Sequence record: SRR31156797_12723
Strand: one strand, 5' to 3'
Length of the DNA: 32,115 nt
Below the pieces are notes generated by a model. The model saw nothing but the letters and a program-made list of their open reading frames with translations, was not told the origin of the DNA and did no database searches. Of this stretch, positions 27,349 through 32,115 are shown piece by piece. The stretch's first letter is position 1, and each line of letters starts with the position of its first letter. The position numbers were made by a program, and so were the translations under genes.

Positions 27349-29535
27349 ATGAAAAAAAGCACACTCATTTCATCAATTCTATTTGTATTCACAATTTTCA
27401 CAGTGGCTGGTTTAAATGCTCAGGAATCAATACCTGGGCAGGATTCGTTACGACTGATCACCGTGGATGAGGTGGTGATTACTGCCAATCGTTACGACAA
27501 TAAGATCATCAACTCAGGTGCATCTGTTGAGGTTATCAGGGCTAAAGAAATCAACAAACTCCCGGCCCGAAACTTTTCTGACATGCTTGGATTTATTCCG
27601 GGCTTATATTCAACATCCACAGATGGAATGGGATTAAATCCTCAAATCAGCCTGAGAGGATTTTATGGCGGAGGTGAAGCAGAATATCTTACCGTTTTAA
27701 TTGATGGCATTCCGGTGAACGATCTTGAAACAGGGCTCGTTAGCTGGAACCAGATACCCGTGAACCAGATTAAACAGGTTGAACTGCTCAAGGGCGGGTC
27801 ATCAACACTCTATGGCGATGCTGCAATGGGCGGTGTACTCAACATCCGAACCTTGAAAAAAGACCCCGAATTCACGAATGCAAACATTGGATATGGATCA
27901 TACAACACATACAACATAGGGGCTTCGCATGGTGGAAACCTGGGAAAAGGAACCTATGAAATCTATGCAAACAACAGCGCTACAGATGGCTTTAGAGACC
28001 ACAGTAAATGGAATTCGATAAATTTTGGTGGGCGCGTAAAACTCCCCGTTAGCCGGAATTCAACGCTTGCTTTTAGCACATATAATCAAATTCTGGATTC
28101 GGAAGAACCTGGTTACCTGACTGAGGCTGATTTGAATAACAACAGGGAACAATCTTTACCCTATTTCCAGGAAGATGGTAAGGATTTCCAGAAATACCTG
28201 GCCAGCGTAAGTTTCAATAGTAAAGTAAACAAAAATGCGGACCTGGGGATAAACCTAAGTTATCAGCACAAAAACACCGAACAACACCGGACTTTCGGGC
28301 AATATCCAAACATTCTCATCAATTCAGGTGGAAATATTTTCCCGAATGGGATATACGATACTACAATTTATGGCAACACCAAACGCCGCGATCTTACCAG
28401 CGACCAGATAAACCTCGCCATCAGGATTGTGAGCAGGATTCCTGAAATCGGCGCGACGATAACCGGTGGCATCGAAACAGATTATGGTGCTTACCAGAAC
28501 GAATACAGAGACATTTTCAGGGGCTTTGATTATGACTATGCAAGCAACTATCAGCCCTGGGATTCGCTGGACACCAAAGGTGGTGGTTACAGATGGAAAT
28601 CAGCAGCATATATCAACGGAGAGATTAAGTTGGCCAGGCCATTAACACTTTTAGCTGGTCTCCGTTACGACCTGATTTCTGATGATTTTGAAGGTGATAT
28701 ACCAGATACAACATTCAGTAAAAACAATACAGCCCTCAGTCCAAAAGTTGCCTTAAATCTGAGTACAGGTGAAACTGATAAATATGCCGGAAGTATTTAC
28801 CTGAGCTACAGTCAGGCTTTTAAAGCACCCACAATCGATCAGCGCTCCGATTTTAAGCAACTGCACTATTTCGTGTTTTTCGAGGCCGGGCCAACTTATA
28901 TTCCCATGGAGATCAAAGCAAATCCTTTTTCCAACCCTGACCTGAAACCGCAAAAGAGCACGAATTACGAACTGGGAACTTACCAGTATTATCAATTTTC
29001 TGATAATTTCAGTGGAGAAGTAAATATTGCGGGGTATTTTATAACGGTGAAAGATGAGATAGATTTTGACCTCATGACCCAGCAATACAAAAACATTATC
29101 GATACCGAACACACCGGGCTGGAATCCAGCATCAGGCTGAATATTCATAAAAACTGGTCAGGGTTCCTCAGCTACAACTTTGCTGAAGTGAAATTTGCTG
29201 ATGGTGAAAATGAAGGTAAAATATTAAAAGGCATTCCAAAAAATGTTTATATGGCTGGTCTTTCCTATGCACCTCAAAGAGGATTGGGCGGTACACTGAT
29301 TTTAAACGGTGCCGATGGAATTTACCTGGATGACGCAAATACTGAGGAGTTGGACGGCCATGTAGTTATGAATGCCCGGCTGGATTACGCACTTGACTTT
29401 GCAACCATATACCTTGATGTAAATAATATCTTCAATACTTCCTATAACTCCACAGGCTATATGCTGGATGGCCAGAAGTACTTATATCCGGCCATGGGAA
29501 GGTTTTTGAAGGCTGGTGTTAACTTCCGTTTTTAA
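27349..29535 (+). CDS. TonB-dependent receptor (non-SusC; cobalamin/heme/siderophore-type architecture)
   Basis: Signal peptide MKKSTL...LNA-Q, TonB box DEVVITANR, plug ISLRGF...VLIDGIPVN...QVELLKGGSSTLYGDAAMGGVLNI, FKAPT...NPDLKPQ, VNNIFN and terminal F. Start moved from 27199 to 27349. Confidence 0.93.
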   Translation: MKKSTLISSILFVFTIFTVAGLNAQESIPGQDSLRLITVDEVVITANRYDNKIINSGASVEVIRAKEINKLPARNFSDMLGFIPGLYSTSTDGMGLNPQISLRGFYGGGEAEYLTVLIDGIPVNDLETGLVSWNQIPVNQIKQVELLKGGSSTLYGDAAMGGVLNIRTLKKDPEFTNANIGYGSYNTYNIGASHGGNLGKGTYEIYANNSATDGFRDHSKWNSINFGGRVKLPVSRNSTLAFSTYNQILDSEEPGYLTEADLNNNREQSLPYFQEDGKDFQKYLASVSFNSKVNKNADLGINLSYQHKNTEQHRTFGQYPNILINSGGNIFPNGIYDTTIYGNTKRRDLTSDQINLAIRIVSRIPEIGATITGGIETDYGAYQNEYRDIFRGFDYDYASNYQPWDSLDTKGGGYRWKSAAYINGEIKLARPLTLLAGLRYDLISDDFEGDIPDTTFSKNNTALSPKVALNLSTGETDKYAGSIYLSYSQAFKAPTIDQRSDFKQLHYFVFFEAGPTYIPMEIKANPFSNPDLKPQKSTNYELGTYQYYQFSDNFSGEVNIAGYFITVKDEIDFDLMTQQYKNIIDTEHTGLESSIRLNIHKNWSGFLSYNFAEVKFADGENEGKILKGIPKNVYMAGLSYAPQRGLGGTLILNGADGIYLDDANTEELDGHVVMNARLDYALDFATIYLDVNNIFNTSYNSTGYMLDGQKYLYPAMGRFLKAGVNFRF

Positions 29536-29784
29536 TTTGCATAATTTTACACTAAAGCATTTTTGCAATCACGGCTTTTAATTGCTGAATTCCTTTAGCA
29601 GATTCCGATAAACAAACCCGTGATTGGTTTTGGTATTAAAGACAATCCTTTGGAGACCCGGCCACTTTTTTTTCAAAACAACGTTATAGAATTTCAATTT
29701 TTTTTTAAATTCGCTATCGAATTATGAGTCCATTTAAGGCTGAGTCGTAATGAGTACACAAGTTCACCTATAAACTCCTGGCTT

Positions 29785-32040
29785 ATGAAAAAGTATTTTA
29801 CATTATTGATTTTATATACCTTAATGTATGGGATGAGTTATGGACAGGTAGTTACCGGAACCATCTACGATGCAAAATTCGACAGGCCGGTTGCAAACGC
29901 CAGCATTCAGCTTGTTGAGACAGACCAGGGTGATTATACCGACAATTCAGGACAATTCGAAATTGAGAATGTAAGTCCCGGTACATACATACTCAGGGTT
30001 TCGCTAATAGGGTATCTGGTTGATGAAAAAGAAGTTGAAGTCACCAATACCGGAATCACGGGGTATCAGGTATATCTGCAGCCCACAAACATAACCCTGA
30101 ACAACGAATTTGTGATTACTGCCCGTCGTGTTGAGACCAGTGATTTTTCTTCTCCCGAAGCCATTACGGTCCTCAACAGCAAACAGCTTAAGCAGGAATC
30201 AGCCCGTTCAACTCCTGAAGCCCTCGAAGGAGCAACCGGTGTGTATGTACAAAAAACAAATCATGGAGGCGGGTCTCCGTTTATCAGGGGCCTTACAGGA
30301 AACCAAAACCTGCTCATGATCGACGGCATCAGGCTCAATAACGCCACTTACCGCTATGGCCCCAATCAATACCTCAACACGGTAGACCCCCGGACTTTGA
30401 ACACCATTGACGTTGTGAGGGGCGCCGGGTCCATCCTTTACGGAAGCGATGCCATGGGAGGGGTTGTGAACCTGATCACCAAAAAACCTGCTTATTCGCA
30501 TGATGGATTTAAAGTTGGCGGAAATATCTTTGGCAAATGGATGAACGATGATATGCAAAAAACAGGAAGAGGCGAGATTAACATGGCCGGGAAAAATGTA
30601 GCCTTTACCGGAGGATTTACCTACAACGACTTTGGAGATATTGTGGGCGGCGATACCACCGGTACGCAAACACCTACAGGATATCAGGAATACGCAGGAA
30701 ACATGAAACTACGTATGCGCTTGTCATCAAACCAGGAACTAACGGTCGCATATCAATACGACAAACAATCAGATGTGCCCCGGTACGATAAAGTGATAGC
30801 CAACTACGACAAATATCATTTCGATCCACAAATCAGGCAACTGGGTTATGCAAGGTTAAAATCGAATTACGAAAACAAGTGGTTCCGTCAAGTTACTATC
30901 ACAGGATCATATAATATATCTGACGAAACCAGGATCAAGCAAAAAGAAGGTTCAGCAAAGGTTTCCAACGAACACGACCTGGTAAAAACTTACGGTGCAA
31001 CCGTTGAAGTTAATTCGATGCCGGGGAGGAACTGGAATTTTGTTTCCGGAGTTGAGTACTATAATGATAAAGTAAACAGCGAAACAACCGACAATGAAGA
31101 TGGCAACATCACCGAGAAACGCGGATACTACCCTGATGGAGCAACATCTTCAAGTATAGCCGTTTACACTTCTCATACTGTGGATGTAAAGAAATTTTCA
31201 TTTATTCTGGGTGGCCGTTTTAATGCTTACCAGATCAAAGCTGAAGATCCCACCTTTGAAGACGTTGATGTTAGCCCGTCGGCAATTGTTGGAAGTAGTT
31301 CGATTATATACCATCTTAATCAAAACTATAATTTTATGGGTTCTGTTTATTCTGCTTTCAGGGCTCCAAACCTGAATGACCTCAGTAGTTTCGGAAGTTT
31401 TAACGCTGGCATAGAGGTACCAAACCCCGACCTTGCCCCGGAAAAATCCCTCAATGCTGAATTGGGTGTAAAAGTTAAATATGATAAATTTTCCGGGTCG
31501 GTATTCGCATTCCACAGCAAATTAACCGACCTGATCAGCCGTGTTGAAACAACTTACAACGGACATGATTCCATTGATGGCGAAAAAGTTTATACCAAGG
31601 ATAATTTTGCAGAATCCTTTATCCAGGGACTTGAAGCCGAACTGCAATTTGAAATGACCTCCAATTTTACCGCATATGGAAATTTTACCTATACCTACGG
31701 ACAAAATGAAACCAGGGATGAACCCATGCGCCGCATTCCACCACTCAATGGAAAGCTTGGAGTTTATTATCAACACAGCTCAGGACTCTGGGGTAAGCTG
31801 GAATGGTTGGCAGCTGGCAAACAAGACAGGCTGGCCAGCGGCGACATCAGCGATAGCAGGATTCCTGATGGCGGTACTCCGGCATGGAACAGGCTGGATT
31901 TAAGGGCTGGTTACTCCTGGAATTGGATAACCGTGACAGCTGGCCTAAACAACATTATGGATGAAGATTACCGGATGCATGGCTCTGGAATAAATGGCTA
32001 TGGACGATGTCTCTGGCTTGCCCTTCAGGTGGGATTTTAA
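29785..32040 (+). CDS. TonB-dependent receptor with N-terminal carboxypeptidase-regulatory-like domain
   Basis: Signal peptide, VTGTIYD...G.YTD..GQFEI..V.PGTY, EFVITARR, QKTNHGGGSPFIRG, VVRGAGSILYGSDAMGGVVN, FRAPN...NPDLAPE, LNNIMDEDY and terminal F. Confidence 0.94.
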   Translation: MKKYFTLLILYTLMYGMSYGQVVTGTIYDAKFDRPVANASIQLVETDQGDYTDNSGQFEIENVSPGTYILRVSLIGYLVDEKEVEVTNTGITGYQVYLQPTNITLNNEFVITARRVETSDFSSPEAITVLNSKQLKQESARSTPEALEGATGVYVQKTNHGGGSPFIRGLTGNQNLLMIDGIRLNNATYRYGPNQYLNTVDPRTLNTIDVVRGAGSILYGSDAMGGVVNLITKKPAYSHDGFKVGGNIFGKWMNDDMQKTGRGEINMAGKNVAFTGGFTYNDFGDIVGGDTTGTQTPTGYQEYAGNMKLRMRLSSNQELTVAYQYDKQSDVPRYDKVIANYDKYHFDPQIRQLGYARLKSNYENKWFRQVTITGSYNISDETRIKQKEGSAKVSNEHDLVKTYGATVEVNSMPGRNWNFVSGVEYYNDKVNSETTDNEDGNITEKRGYYPDGATSSSIAVYTSHTVDVKKFSFILGGRFNAYQIKAEDPTFEDVDVSPSAIVGSSSIIYHLNQNYNFMGSVYSAFRAPNLNDLSSFGSFNAGIEVPNPDLAPEKSLNAELGVKVKYDKFSGSVFAFHSKLTDLISRVETTYNGHDSIDGEKVYTKDNFAESFIQGLEAELQFEMTSNFTAYGNFTYTYGQNETRDEPMRRIPPLNGKLGVYYQHSSGLWGKLEWLAAGKQDRLASGDISDSRIPDGGTPAWNRLDLRAGYSWNWITVTAGLNNIMDEDYRMHGSGINGYGRCLWLALQVGF

Positions 32041-32115
32041 TTAGTCTTTGCAAGAAAATACCAAATACTGCGTTACGCTCGTTTTGAAAACAGTCGATTA
32101 CAAAAGTAAACTCCT

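Noticed and set aside
27041-29784. Cobalamin riboswitch or Fur box upstream of either TBDR
   Set aside because: No B12-box or GGGAA core in either leader. TAYCTAAA repeats at 27105, 27156 and 27215 are irregularly spaced in very AT-rich DNA and do not form a convincing palindrome.

Overview
A Bacteroidota (Bacteroidales-like) chromosomal window, judged from the SusC/SusD pair, T9SS C-terminal domains and TAnnTTTG promoters. It has three blocks. (1) 1-13035 is a beta-1,3-glucan (laminarin)-type polysaccharide utilisation locus: a truncated PKD-like surface lipoprotein, SusD, SusC, a GH3 and a GH16 that both carry T9SS sorting domains, and a beta-propeller/Y_Y_Y/LuxR membrane regulator. The susC and GH16 promoters share a 19-bp tandem-repeat operator at identical spacing from the -33 box. 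(2) 13210-20268 is a MacAB-type ABC exporter cluster with no TolC. It has two sigma54-like promoters with matching upstream palindromes and IHF-like sites. (3) 20777-32040 is the most unusual block: a three-gene operon encoding a YdjY-like exported protein, a periplasmic prenyltransferase/terpene-cyclase-fold protein, and a 1434-aa T9SS-secreted protein with a second such domain plus unrecognised duplicated domains. It is transcribed divergently from two SusD-less TonB-dependent receptors and is a candidate undescribed capture/uptake or modification system. Several small REP-like hairpin elements lie in intergenic gaps. No rRNA, tRNA, CRISPR array or transposase was seen. All family calls come from reading motifs by eye, not from database searches.
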